64,000 nucleotides of DNA from Chiloscyllium plagiosum (Eukaryota), in contig NC_057718.1 in the NCBI RefSeq assembly GCF_004010195.1, positions 6,135,988-6,199,987 on the forward strand, given 5' to 3'. Position 1 is the first letter of the stretch. Every line of letters begins with the position of its first letter. Shown in pieces: positions 12,740 through 25,914 of the stretch. Made by a program: the position numbers and the translations under genes. The notes beneath the pieces were generated by a model. That model saw only the letters and a program-made list of their open reading frames with translations, did not search any database and had not been told where the DNA came from.

Positions 12740-14807
12740 GAAACAATCATAGAAGGAGATATTGGAGATTGGAATGAGGGCTCATGTGGATCTCATTGAC
12801 TATGAGATCCCTGTGTGGGGCTGTTAATCTGGGTCAATCAGGGAGCTCTGGCTGACAGATATGAACAGGAAATTCAGAAAGAACTGAATAATTACTTCAT
12901 GTCAGTCTTCATGGTGGAAGACGTGAGTAATATCCCAAAAATTCAAGAGAGTGAGGAGAACAGCTGAATATGGTGGTCATCACCAAGGAGAAGGTGCTAG
13001 AAAAACTGAATGGCCTGAAGGTGGATAAATCACCTGGACCAGATGGACTACACCCCAGAATTCTAAGACAGATAGCTGAAGAGGTAGTGAAGGTGTTAGT
13101 GGTGATTTTTCAGGAATCACTAGAATCAGAGAGGGTTCCAGAGGACTGGGAAATGACTAAAGTGACACCCCTGATTAAAATGGGAATAAGGCAAAAGATG
13201 GAAAAGTACAGACTCTATTAGCCTAACCTCGGTCGTGGGTAGAAATCCATTGTGCAGGACAAGATTTCTGAATACTTGGAAAGTGTATGATAAAATAGGG
13301 GGAAACTCAGCATGGTTTCATCAGGGGGAGGTCATGCCTGACAAACCTGCTAGAATGATTTGAGGAAGTAATGAACAGGTTAGACCTAGGAGAGCCAATG
13401 GATATTATCTACCTGGACTTCAAAAAGGCCTTTGACAAGGTACCGCACAGGAGGCTGCTGAGTAAGATAAGGGCCTTGGTGTTAGAGGCAAGGTGCTGGC
13501 ATGGATAGAAGCTTCTGGCAGAAAGCAGAGAGTGGGGATAAAAGGGTCCTTCCCAGACTGGCAGCCAGTGACAAGTGGTGTTCCTCGAGGCTCAGTGTTG
13601 GGACCACAATTTTTCACTATCCACATTAATGATCTAGACGAAGGAACTGAGGGCATTCTGGCTAAATCTGCAGATGATACAAAGATAGTTAGAGGGGCAG
13701 GTAGTATTGAGGAGGTGGGGAGGCTGCATAAGGATTTGGACAGATTAAGAGAGTGGGCAAAGAAGTGGCAGATGGAGTACAATATGGGAAGGATGAGCTC
13801 ATGCACTTTGGTAGGAAGGATAGAGGCATAGACTATTTTCTAAATGGGGAGAAAATTCAGAAGTCTGAAGTGCAAAGAGACATGGGAGTTCTCGTTCAGG
13901 ATTCTCTCCAAGTAAACTTGCAGGTTGAGTCAGTAGTCAGGAAGGCAAATGCAATAATGGCATTTATTTTGAGAAGATTTGAATATAAAAGCAGAGATGT
14001 AATTCTGAGGCTCTATCAGGCTCTGGTCAGACCATATTTGGAATATTGTATGCTGTTGTGGGCCCCATATCTCAGGAAGGATGTACTGGCACTGGAGCTT
14101 GTTCAGAGAAGGTTCACGAGACTGGTCCCAGGAATGAAAAGCTTAACATATGAGGAACAGTTGAGGACTCTGGGTTTATATTTGATGGAGCTCAGAAGAA
14201 TGAGGGGGGGAATCTAATTGAAACATAGAGAATATTGAATGGCCTGGACAGCGTGGTTATTGTGATGATGTTTCTATTGGTAGGAGAGACTAGGACTGGA
14301 GGGCACAGCCTTAAAGTAAAGAGAAGACCTTTTAGAACAGAGATAAGAAGACACTTCTTCAGCCAGAGCGTGGTGAATCTGTGGAATTCTTTGCTACAGA
14401 AGGCTGTGGAGACCAGGTCATTAAGTATATTTAAGAATGACATAGATAGGTTCTTTATTATCAAGGTGAGCAAGGGTAACGGGGAGAAAACGAGAGAATG
14501 GGGTTGAGAAACTTATCAGCCATGATTGAATTGTGGAGCAGACTTGATGGGCTGAATGGCATAATTTCTGCTCCTATGTCTGATGATCTTACGGTCTTAA
14601 GGTCTACTCAATCTAGGGACTGGTTTTGAGCAGGCTGGTCAGACCCAATGTATTGTGCAAGAAAAAAAGTCAGGGAACCTGGAGAGTCACAGAGTCTCCT
14701 CATTCGAGGGACTGGCTCTGAGCTGGGTGGTCACAAACTATGTACTGTGCACACGTAAATAAAGGGTGACTTCATAACAGGATACCAGCCTCTGTGCAGT
14801 TATTTCA
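12740..14807 (+). mobile_element. Probable solo LTR (12740-12880 plus 14600-14807) split by a CR1 insertion
   Basis: Left part has CCAAT-like gtcaatcag and TATA-like gatatgaac; right part has aaataaa and ends ...gttatttCA. Confidence 0.55.
12880..14600 (+). mobile_element. CR1 LINE, about 1.7 kb of RT domain and C-terminus, decayed
   Basis: KSPGPDGLHPRIL, YLDF.KAFDKV, SGVPRGSVLGP, ADDTK, LYQALVRPYLEYC. Confidence 0.93.
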
Positions 14808-15547
14808 GAGACAAATCGGCACATTGTTTGTGAGCTTTTGCAAGAATTGATCCAATCCGCCTCACTGACTTGGCGCTTTCTGCAAGGGCTAGGTCATTTC
14901 TCCTTCACAATTATTTATGCAATTCATTTTGAAAGTTAACTATTGAATTGGATTCCCCTCCCATTTCAGATAGAACATTCCACATGACAATAACTAACTG
15001 TGAAAGTTTTCTCTTCATTACCCCATTGCTTCTATGCCAATTACCTCAAATCTCCATCTTGTGCTCAGAAAGTCAAATAAATGAAAAGGTAAATGTACCC
15101 CCACACACACATAATGAGGAATAAATCAATGTTTTATGATGGTGTAGAACAGCTGATCCTAAATTAAGCAAACATTAAACTCCACATCTTATATTATTGT
15201 GCACATATTCCACGTTGTATAATGTTGTTTTCAAATTTAATGTGGTATTTAATGGTATTATGATGACGACTTCCCAGTGGATATTTTATTATGATGATAT
15301 TTATTTATCTTATCTCTTTACAAAAAACTAGATCTAAAATAGCTTCATACCTAATTGGTTCCATAACATCTTGCTCCAGAAATCTATCACAAAAACATTT
15401 GATAAACTGAACTTCCAGATATTTTTGCCAATTTGATATATTCGCATCAGTATTACAATTAACATTGCCCACAACTATTTAATTGCATTTTAAAAAGCTC
15501 CGACCATTTATTTTTAAATGCTCTGTCCATCAATATAATTACTGTTA

Positions 15548-15725
15548 GAGTCATAGAGTCATAGAGATGTATAGCATGGAAACAGACCCTTCGGTCCAAC
15601 TCATCCATGCTGACCAGATATCCCAACCCAATCTAGTCCCACCTGCCAGCACCCAGCCCATATTCCTCCAAATCCTTCCTAGTCATAAACCCATCCAGAT
15701 GCCTTTTCAATGTTGCAGTTGTAAT
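15548..15725 (-). mobile_element. CR1 3'UTR and tail fragment
   Basis: tagagtcatagagtcatagag tail; reverse complement of 7830-8004. Confidence 0.85.
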
Positions 15726-16481
15726 TGCTTCATAAATGACTAATCCTCCATCACAAAGTCACAAGTGAGGGTATTTACCAATGGTTAGAAATGTTAAACA
15801 CCAATCGTGATTACTCAGATATTAAAAATATGCAGGCATGTGCTTAGAAGTGACAAGTAACGTTTGCATTATCCACATACCAAGGGGCCTTTTAAACTCG
15901 TATGTTCTGATCCTTGATATTAACAATCCTTAACCATACTGTTTCAACTTCCTGATTTTTTTTTGTGCTCAGTTACTTTCTCCCAAATATCCGAATGCCA
16001 TGTTTTGTTTTCAGAGTTACTGCTCTCACTTTCCATTTTGTTTGTTTTATTTTAAAATGTTTTCCTAGGAATGCTTATTTTCCAAACTTGGTCACCCTCT
16101 AACAATCTCTTAGTAATGGCCAATCAGACCTATGTAATTTCCTTCTACTTGCGCTACTTGTTCATATATCTCAGTGCAGATGTTCTGCACGGCCAAAAGG
16201 ATTTCCCTGCACAGACTTACTCTTTGATGCACTCTTATCATTAAACTTCCCCGTCCCTTCCTGTTCAACTTCCCTTTTCTTTACCCACAATAATATGCTT
16301 CTCTAATTCCTCACCTTTTACCATTAGATTTCTAACCTTCTTTCACCTGAATCCTTCTCCCCAAATTGAAATTTTACCACCATGACAGACAAAAGATTCA
16401 AATCCCAATCCACAGATTATGAGCCTAGTTATGTGACCACCAGGCCTTTATCGTCACAAAATTAGATTATTATCTTTGTGC

Positions 16482-16695
16482 CAAAAAACAGAAGTTTCTG
16501 GAAAGCTCAGCAGATCTGGCAGCATCTATGAAGAGAAGTCAGAGTTAATGTTTCGGGTCCAGCTCTGAGGAAGTATCACCGGACCCAAAGTGTTAACTTT
16601 GATTTCTCTTCACAGTTACTGCCTGGCCAGCTGAGCTTTTCCCGCAACTTCTGTCTTTGTTTCTGATTTACAGCATTCACAGTCCTTTCAGTTTT
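16482..16695. mobile_element. Palindromic Penelope-terminus derivative (subfamily B)
   Basis: Inverted arms ctcagcagatctggcagcatct...gagttaatgtttcgggtcc and ggacccaaagtgttaact...ctgagc. Confidence 0.7.
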
Positions 16696-17234
16696 TACTG
16701 TCTTTGTGGTTCTGCTTTCCAATTTAGTGCTAGTTCCTCATTATTCCCAAATACAACTTCTTTCTGTGGCCTACCTATATTATTGGGACCCACATGGAAA
16801 ACTGCGAACAGATCCTCCGTCCGTCCATTTCATTCCAGTCGTGAGGAGATGCCCTTCACCCTAACATAGAGCAAGTAAAGAAGTCTGCAAGCTACAAGAC
16901 TATTTGTTGGAGATTCCTCCACTGCTGCCTTACTGTTACTCATACCCTCTTGCCCTTGACTATGGATCTCATCAGACATTTCTATCCTAAGAGCTAATAC
17001 CACCTCCAGAAACAAAGGGTCCAGGTAATGTTCCCCTTTCCTAATACATCGCTGTGTCTGCAACTCAAACACCAACTCAGCTTTCGATCACACAGGCATT
17101 CACCATCTCCAAAATGCTACAGCTGCAACACATATCTTAACCTGACACTTTTATTGTCCTTTATTTAACTAATTAAGTTTCAAACTTAAAAATATCTCTC
17201 AACTGTTATCCATAGTTACATTAACTAGTCTTTG

Positions 17235-17560
17235 TTTTTTTTTCGCTCATGGGATGTGGCCATCACTGGTTCAACCAGTATTTATTGCCCATCCCTAGTT
17301 GCCCTTGAGAAGGTGGGGTGAGCTGCGTTCCTGAAACGTTGCAGTCCATTTGCTGTAGGTAGACCCACAATGCTGTTAGGGAAGGAGCTTAAAAAGTTTG
17401 ACCCCTGGAACACTAATAGTACGGTGATATATTTCCAAGTCAGGATAGTTGATTGGCTTGCAGGGGAGCTTGAAGGTGATGGTGTCTCTATGTATCTGCT
17501 GCCCTTGTCCTTCTAGATAGAAGTGGTCACAGGTTTGGAAGACGCTGTCTCAGGATCATT
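17235..17560 (-). mobile_element. Non-CR1 LINE 3' end (clade uncertain), partner of SINE family A
   Basis: Colinear with 34975-35540 and 36495-37120. Confidence 0.7.
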
Positions 17561-18362
17561 GGTAAAGAGCTAAGCTATAAATTTAATGCAAGAACCACCA
17601 GGTGTTGGAAGCTGAGAAAAGGCGTCAAAAAAGCATTTCCTGTCCCACTTAAACTGAATTCCCACTTCCACCAAATTCCCTAGTTAGCTCTTGTTCCTTA
17701 TCCAGCCTCACCACCTCCACATTTTGCACTCACTAACACTGAAGTACACTGAAAATAGGTCTAAAACTTGATGGAAACCCCCTTTCCTTTGCAGAATTCC
17801 CTCAGCTTTTGTTTAATTATCAGGATTGAGAGTCAATGAAGGCCTACAGCACAGAAACAATATCTTTGGCACACTGACCCTGTGCCAGCCACAAACAACC
17901 ACCTAACTCTTCTAATCTTGTCTTCCAGCATTTGGCCCATTACCCTGGCATCGCAAGTGGACATGAAATACAGGTACTTCTTGAATGTTATGAGGGTTTC
18001 TGTCAATACCAGTTTTACAGGCAGCGAATTCAAGATTCTCACCATCCTCTGGGTGAAAACACTTCCACACATTCTCTCTAAACCTCGAATCCCTTACCTT
18101 AAACCTATGCCCCTGGTTATTGATCCCTCCATCAGGATTTAACTGTACTCCACCTTGCTCACCATTTTCCTTGGATTCTCTAAGCCACAGGTGATTGATG
18201 AACTGATAGGAGGACTTGCATTTATATAGCATCTTTTGAAAGGTTACCCAGTTGGGTGGCAGAACCACTTGTTTTCAGTTGATTGAGAAGTGAATACCAG
18301 CCCGGAGACTGGGCAGAACTTGTTTCCCTTCTTTGTGATTTACACTAGATCTGTTACATCCA

Positions 18363-19022
18363 CGTGCAGGTTCATAGCTCCTTGAAAGTGGAGTCACAGG
18401 TAGATAGGATAGTGAAGAAGGCAGTGTTTGGTATGCTTTCCTTTATTGGTCAGAGTATTGAGTACGGGAGTTGGGAGGTCATGCTGCGGCTGTACAGGAC
18501 ATTATTAGGCCACTGTGGGAATATTGCGTGCAATTCTAGACTCCTTCCTATTGGAAAGATGTTGTGAAACTTGAAAGGGTTCAGAAAAGATTTACAAGGA
18601 TGTTGACAGGGTTGGAGGTTTTGAGCTATAAGGAGAGGCTGAACAGCCTGGGGCTGTTTTCCCTGGAGCATCGGAGGCTGAGGGGTGACCTTATAGAGGT
18701 TTACAAAATTATGAGGGGCATGGATAGGATAAATAGACAAAGTCTTCTCCCTGCGGTCGGGGAGTCCAGAACTAGAGGGGATAGGTTTAGGGTGGGAGGG
18801 GAAAGATATAAAAGAGACCTACGGGGCAACTTTTTCACACAGAGGGTGGTACATGTATGGAATGAGCTGCCGAAGGAAGTGGTGGAGACGAGTCCAATTG
18901 CAACCTTTAAGAGGCACATAAATAGGAAGGGTTTGGGCCAGATTGAGTTTGGATATCTGGGTCGGCATGGATGGGTTGGACCGAAGGATCTATTTCCATG
19001 CTGTACATCTCTATGACTATGA
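18363..19022 (+). mobile_element. CR1 LINE 3' fragment
   Basis: ORF 18564..19016 KLERVQKRFTRML...LRGDLIEVYKIM; ctatgactatga tail. Confidence 0.92.
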
Positions 19023-19711
19023 CCTGAAAGGGCAAGCAGGATATTATTTTACTGATTACATCTCCTGCAGTACTGCAACCGTGAAGTGGAATATGGATTG
19101 CATACACACATTCCAGGACTGGGATTTGAACCCACAACTTTCAGACGCCAAGCTAGGCTTGCTACCCTACTGAGCCACTGCCAACATTCTGTAAGGTACA
19201 GAGGTTACTGAGTACCCTATCACCTGGCCTGCTGCTCACAACATTCCAACATAAAACCAATCCTCAATGCACCAAATTGCAGCTCCAAGATTCAAGGATG
19301 GCAGCCAGCTCATGATTTCTTTTCTGGCTGAGTTTTAAAATGCAATTTCTAATAGATGTTGGCTATAAAATTTTGAAATACACCTGGGAGTGCTGGGTTA
19401 ATGAAGAATCGACTATATCCAGTTAGTTGATCTCAGCTGAGACAGCATTTGGAGACATTGCAATTTGCCTCAATGTCTGCAGGCTGAGAAAATGAGGAGA
19501 TGGGGAATAGTGGTGTTGTGTAACATCTCCTGGATTAGTAATCCAGAGGCCCACATCAATCACTTGTACCAGAACATGAGTTTAAGTTCCACCAAAACAA
19601 CTTAAGAACTCAAATTAATTTTGAAATGACCATGATTAGTTAGATTGCTGTAGAATCTAAGCAACTTCACAAATGCTGTATAGTGAGGGAAACTTGTCAT
19701 TCTAGGCTGGA

Positions 19712-19940
19712 TTTGAAAAATGTGGTGCTGGAAAAACACAGCAGGCCAGGCAGCATCTGAGGAGCAGGAGAATCGACGTTNNNNNTGACTGCAGGGAGTG
19801 TAGGTGGCGGCGCATGGCTGCGAGCGTGGAGCGGAGGATACGGAGAGAGGTCTGCTGCTGGAGGCTTCAGATTTGTTGCAGGTACTGGTTGTCCTGGTTG
19901 GGTCCAAATTGTGTTGGTCTGAAATAGGCTGGATACCCGG
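19712..19940 (-). mobile_element. Penelope-like element: 3' terminus, assembly gap (N5 at 19781-19785), then ORF 5' region
   Basis: Terminal repeat left of the gap; right of it the minus strand reads ...QQQTSLRILRSTLAAMRRHLHSLQS, overlapping HLLSLQSALPQLRATL near 25430-25478. Confidence 0.7.
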
Positions 19941-20684
19941 TTATCCTCTTGATTGTTATAAGAAGAGAAAGTGCTTGAGAACCTCAACAGGTCTAGCAGC
20001 ATCTGTGAGGGAGAAACAGAGCTAATGTATTGCCTCCAGCCTAAATCTTCTTCCAAATCAGAGTAGGGGTTTGGAAATGGTGTTTTGTTTATGCTATAGA
20101 CAAAAAGGAAGGAGGAGTAGGTGAAACGGACTGAGGGTGCTCAAAGCCAAAGGCAAAGGGTGATGAAGCAAAGATTGAGATGTGTTGGAGAATGGAAGAA
20201 AACAAAGATGCTCTGAAGTTGACTGCTCCCTGAAATGGCCGAGCAAGCCACTCAGTTGTACTGCACCAACCCACATAATTAACAGAACTGCGGGAAGTAC
20301 CATCACCACATGGAATGGAAGTTGCGGCTCAGTCTCACTTTCTCAAGAGGAATAAGGGATGGCCAATAAAGTTAAGATGTGGCAGGGCCAACTCTGTGCA
20401 TATTCAGGAAAAGATTGTCTGCATGCCTCTTGGTTGAGGGCAATTTAGTGGAAGTCCACCAGTGCCCTGGGCCCTCGTGACTTCTCAACCAACGCCAACC
20501 AAAATATCACTCCAGCCTTTCAGTGTCTTCTGCGGTATTTGTTGTGTGAGAAAACTAATGGATGACATTGTTTAACGATGATGACTACAGCCCACTAAAG
20601 TCAACAAATTTTCTGTAAAATACTTTAATACACATGATACCTAACTGCAATAAAGGCAAAATACTGCAGATGCATGAAACGAAT

Positions 20685-21750
20685 CATAGCATTATTGAAT
20701 TTTACAGTACAGAAGAAGGCCATTCAGCCCATCGTGTCTGCACTGACTCCTGAAAGAGCTACCCAGCTAGTGTCACTCACCAGCTCAATCTCTGCAGCCC
20801 TTCAAATTTATTCCTTTTTGATATATATCCAGCCCTCTTTTGAAACCTGGAATGGAATCCTCCTCCCCCACTCTCCCAGGCAATGCATTCCAAATCCTAA
20901 CAACTCTCTGAGTAAAGAAGCTTCTCCTCATCTCACTCCTAGCTCTCTTGCTGACAATCTTGAAATTGTGACCCCTCTAGTTACTGACATGGCAACTCAT
21001 GGAAGCAGAATATCCTTCTTTACCCTGTCAAAATTGTTCATAATTTTGAACACCACTCTAATCTCTCTCACCTTTCCTTGTTTCTAAAATCCATCGGTCC
21101 CGGTATCATTCTAGTAAATCTCCTTTGAACTCTCTCCAGGGCTTTAACATAAGGCCCAGAAGTGAACACAATACTCCAAATGTAGTCTGACCATGCCTGC
21201 TTGCCTTTATACTCTATGCCTCTATTTATAAACCTGATGATCTTACAAACCTTCTTAACAATTGTTTCAACTTACCTGGCCACTTTCAGAGAATCATGCA
21301 CACGAAACCCAAGGCCCCTCTTCTCTTGTATTCCCCTCAAAGTTGTACCATTGAGCCTGTATTGGCTTTCTGTGTTTCTGCTACCAAAATGCGTTACCTC
21401 ATGTTTCTCTGCATTGAAATTCATCTGCCAGGCTTCTGCCCATTTAGCCAACTTGTCAATGTCTCTCTGAAGTCACTGAGCATCATCCTCACAATTCATG
21501 GCTTTCCCCAAATCATCTGCAAACTTAGAGGTTTTGCCCACAAAACCCATCTCCGAAGTGTTTATAAAGATCAGAAAAAGCAAAGGTTCCAACACCGATC
21601 CCTGGGCAACACTCCTTTCAACTCATCTCCACACTGAGAAATGCCTATTTATACCTATACTTTGTTTCCTATCTTTTAACCAATGCCGTGGAGGACCCAG
21701 CAAAGCTAAACATGTCCAATTTGCTAACTAACCTGCCATGTGCCACTGTA
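20685..21750 (-). mobile_element. Old CR1-type LINE RT/C-terminal fragment
   Basis: Minus strand has GV.QGSVLEPLLFLIFIN and ADD-like motifs followed by a CR1-type C-terminus. Confidence 0.7.
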
Positions 21751-21832
21751 TCAAATCTGAAAGCCTAAATATACAAATCTGAAACAAACACAGATAATGC
21801 TGGAGAAACTCAGCAAGTCTGGCAGTATCTCT

Positions 21833-22145
21833 GGATGGCACGGTGGCACAGTGGTTAGCACTGCTGCCTCACAGCGCCGGAGACCCGGGTTCAATTCCCG
21901 CCTCAGGCGACTGACTGTGTGGAGTTTGCACGTTCTCCCCGTGTCTGCGTGGGTTTCCTCCGGGTGCTCCGGTTTCCTCCCACAGTCCAAAGATGTGCAG
22001 GTCAGGTGAATTGGCCATGCTAAATTGTCCGTAGTGTTAGGTAAGGGGTAAATGTAGGGGTATGGGTGGGTTGCGCTTCGGCGGGTCAGTGTGGACTTGT
22101 TGGGCCGAAGGGCCTGTTTCCACACTGTAATCTAATCTAATCTAA
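21833..22145 (+). mobile_element. HE1 (V-SINE) SINE, full length, young
   Basis: A box tggcacagtgg, B box gggttcaattccc, V-domain gtgtggagtttgcacgttctccccgtgtctgcgtgggtttcc, (aatct)n tail. Confidence 0.9.
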
Positions 22146-22164
22146 CAGTTGAGATGTTTCCAAA

Positions 22165-22212
22165 GAAAGAGAGAGACAGAGAGAGTGAGGAGAGAGAGAG
22201 AGAGAGAGAAGA
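22165..22212 (+). repeat. (GA)n microsatellite
   Basis: Direct reading of sequence. Confidence 0.9.
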
Positions 22213-24776
22213 AAATTAATGCTTTGAGTCCAATGTGGTTCTGCTTCCAAAGAAGAATCGCACTGGACTCAAAACGTTAACTCTGTTTCGCTCTCCAAAG
22301 ATGCTGCCAAAACTGCTGAGCTTCTCCAGTATTTTCAGCGTTATGTAACTGCAAATCATCTTCTCTCGCATGTGGAGACCAGTGAATGTAATCTTCAATG
22401 TACGGGATTCGATATCAACTCTGCAAATGTTGCTAAGAGTCTAATGGATACATAGGAATACAAGGAGCAATGAATACTCCACGGTGGGCAAGCAACAGGT
22501 AGCTTAACAAGTACATCATTGTTTCATCCTCAGGATGTGGGGGCTTGTTAGCAAAGCCTACATTTAATGCTGATTCCTATTTTTCCTGTTCACTTCAGAA
22601 GGCATTCAAAGGAACAGTTACCCACATGAGCTGGAGTCGTGTGCAGACTCAGACTTGGGTAAGGATGGCAGGTCTTCTTTTCACAAGTGAAAGTGCTTCA
22701 TTTTTGTTTCAATACAAACCAACAGCTCCACAGACACGTTTCGCTGATCTCTGCTTTTTGTTTCTCAGACTTAAAACTGAATTCAATTTCTCAAGCTGCC
22801 AGGGTGGGATTTAAGAGCTGGATTATTATCCTAGGCTTTTGGAATGTTAGTCCAGTAACCCAACCTGTACACTGCTGTTACCCACATCGCTGTAATAAAA
22901 TCACCATCTACGCTGAGGAATTGTCTATCATAACAGGAAACAAAGAGAAATTGTTTCCACTGGCAGGGGGGTTGGTAACCACAAGACACAGATTTAACAA
23001 AATTAGAAATGAACCAGACAGAGGCTTTTTTTTAAAGTTACGAGGTGTTTTCGATAGAGCAAGCAGCAAAAACTGTTTCCTCTGGCGTGGGTCAGTAACC
23101 AGAGCTCAACAGGCATGAAATAACGGGCAAGGGAACCAGAGACTAGGTAAGGCGAATTTATTTTTTTCACACAAGAGAGTCTTAAGACGTGGGGATAGTA
23201 AAGACTGCAGATGCTGGAAGTCAGAGACGATAAAGTGTGGAGTTGGTAAATCACAGCAGATCAGACAGCATCAGAGGAGCAGGAAAATCGATGGTTTGGA
23301 TCAGGACCATCCATCAGGACCTGACCTGAAACGTCTGACTTGACTGCTCCTCTGATGCTGTCTGACCTATTGTGCTTTCCCAGCTCCACATTTTATCGAC
23401 TCTTAAGATGTGGAACTTGCTACTGTAAGGATGGTGGAATCAGATCCCTTTGGGACCTTCGAAAAGGCAACTGGACTCTTGAGCAAGACCGATTTGTCGG
23501 GTTGCAGAGCAAAGGCTATGGTAAGCGACTGAAGAGAACCATTCTCACAGAGAACAGGCGCAGTCAACGATGGATCAAATGACCTCCTTGGGCACTGTAC
23601 CATTCTCTGATCTGTGATTAAGCTGTAGAGATGAGAAGATTTTTCTTTCTCTTAAACTTGGCAAGTTATTTTGATGAAGAATAGGACGCCTGAAATGAAG
23701 CAAATTCACTTATAACACTCAAACGGTACTTGGATCAATGGTTCAAAAGGAAAGATTTGATGGAGTGTGGTGGAGAGGGCAAGGAATTAGATCTGACTCG
23801 ATACATTTTCAATAAACAAGCACTTGTGCAATGTCTTCCATGCTATAAGATTCCATAGTTAAATACATATGAGTCCTGTATCAGTTGGAGTAAACTGTGG
23901 CCAGCCAAAGATTAATGATACCGGATCATCTAACGATTGAGACTATAAATTAATTCTACAAACCAGCAGAGTAAAGACTAATCTGTGCAAAACATTAACC
24001 TTTGTTTCTTAATTACAGCACTGGTTTTCATACAGAGGACTTCAGAGTGTCCCTAAGGCAAGCAAATTCTATCCAGCTGTCAAGAGATTTGTTCTTTTCA
24101 CTATTTAACATGCTGACATATAGGTCGTGGTCTCCAAACGTTAAATATTCCTCAAAATGTACTGTTTTCCAAGTGATGTTGACTTTCTCTTGTTGCCAAT
24201 AAGCATGTTAGTATTTGCCAGGGGTGCATGAGAGTTTGTCGGATGTTTTATGAGACTCCTGTGTGTATGTTAACTTTGCAGCAGAATGCCTGGGTTTGTA
24301 TCAATATTTGCAGTAGTGAGGTTGGGGTGGGGGTTGTCTCTGGCTGAGTGCCAGCATTTTTACAAGGGGGACCTGGGGAGTGAATCAATATTTATAGCAG
24401 ATGACTGGGAGTGTGTCATGATTTACATGGGATTCCCAACTGACGGATAATTCTTTCTGTGGGTCCCTCGGTGTGTGCCAATATTTGTCAGGGATTTCTC
24501 AATGTTGAAACGTTTGATTTCCTACGAAATCTGGCATATTTGATCTCGGATCTTATACTCCACAAATACCTGGTGAAGGAACAGCACTCCAAAAGTGAGC
24601 ACTTTCAAATAAACTTGTTCGACTATGACCTGGTGTGATGTGATTTTTAGCTTTGTCCACCACAGTTCAACACCGGCACACCAAATCGAGAATATAGGAG
24701 GCATGTTTAGTGAGTTTGTTGATGACACCAAAATTGGTGGTACAGTGGAGAGTGAGGAAGGTTATCTAAGAAGACA

Positions 24777-25510
24777 GGGAGAAGGTGAGGACTGCAGATG
24801 CTGGAGATCAGAGTCAAAACGTGAGGCGCTGGAAAAGCTCAGCCAGTCAGGCAGCATCTGAGGAGCAGGAGAGTCGGCGTTTCAGGCATAAGTTCTTCAT
24901 CAGGAATGGGAGGTCGGGGGTTGGTGGAAGTGGTGCCTTCAGTGGCATCCGCGGGAGTGGAAGTGACGTTCTGTGTGGTGTGGTTGTCAGTGGTGATCCA
25001 GTGAGTGATGTCGGTGGGGGCAGAAGTAGCTGAGGTGGCGGCAAGTATGGGGGCGGAGGTGATGTGTCAGTTAACCTTGTCGGTGATTCTGGCAGTGGTT
25101 TTGGAGGCTGTTGTCTTGCCAGCGATCGCGGAGGCAATGGTGTCAGTAGTGGCTGCGGGCTGTGGGGTGACGGGGGTGGAAGTGACGGCATCATTGGCTG
25201 CTGTAGTGGTGACTGTAGTGGCTACGTGGCTAAATGGCGTCCGAGCAGTTCCTGAGGCCGGAAGAAGGTTCTGAAATGATTGAGGAATCCCAAGCTTGGA
25301 GGTTAAGTACATGGAAGTTTGATGCACTTACTTTCCTTAATGTCCGATAAGCTGGAGAAAAAGCGTATGTTGAGTCTGCAGATTCTTCTCAGGATGAAGC
25401 ACAGCAGAGATCCCTAACAGGTCTGGGCAAGTGTGGCCCTGAGCTGGGGCAGGGCTGATTGCAGGGAGAGTAGGTGACATTCCTGATAAAGAGCTTATCC
25501 TTGAAATATC
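24777..25510 (-). mobile_element. Internally deleted Penelope-like element: terminus, GC-rich ORF 5' region, opposite terminus stub
   Basis: Terminus 24777-24908; minus-strand HLLSLQSALPQLRATLAQTC.GSLLCFILRRI followed by Thr/Ala/Pro-rich low complexity; stub attcctgataaagagcttatccttgaaa at about 25479. Confidence 0.65.
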
Positions 25511-25914
25511 AGTGGGCTGAGGAATGGCATTGGAGTTGAATTTAGATAAATCTGTGGTGTTGCATTTTGGTGAGACAAACCACGGCAGGACTTACATAGT
25601 TAATGAAAGAGCCCTGGAGCATGTTTTTGAACAGAGAGACCCATGGGTGCAGGTACATAGTTCCTTGGAAGTGGTCTCACAGGTAGGTAGGGTGGTGAAG
25701 AAGGCATTTGGCAGCATGTGTTCATCAGTCAGAACATCCAGTATAGACTGTGTCACTGGAAAAGCACAGCAGGTCAGGCAGCATCCAAGGTGCATGAAAA
25801 TCGACTTTCATCCTGATGAAGGGCTTAAACTTGAAACATCGATTCTCCTGCTCCTCGGATGCTGCCTGACCTGCTGTGCTTTCCCAGCACCAAACTCTTG
25901 ACTCCCTTTAGCTA

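Noticed and set aside
21833..21905. tRNA gene
   Set aside because: The A/B boxes belong to the head of an HE1 SINE and continue into the SINE body and tail.
24847..25327. Pro-rich, Gly-rich and Thr/Ala-rich ORFs as a mucin or collagen-like gene
   Set aside because: No Gly-X-Y periodicity and no splice context; the region is bracketed by Penelope termini.
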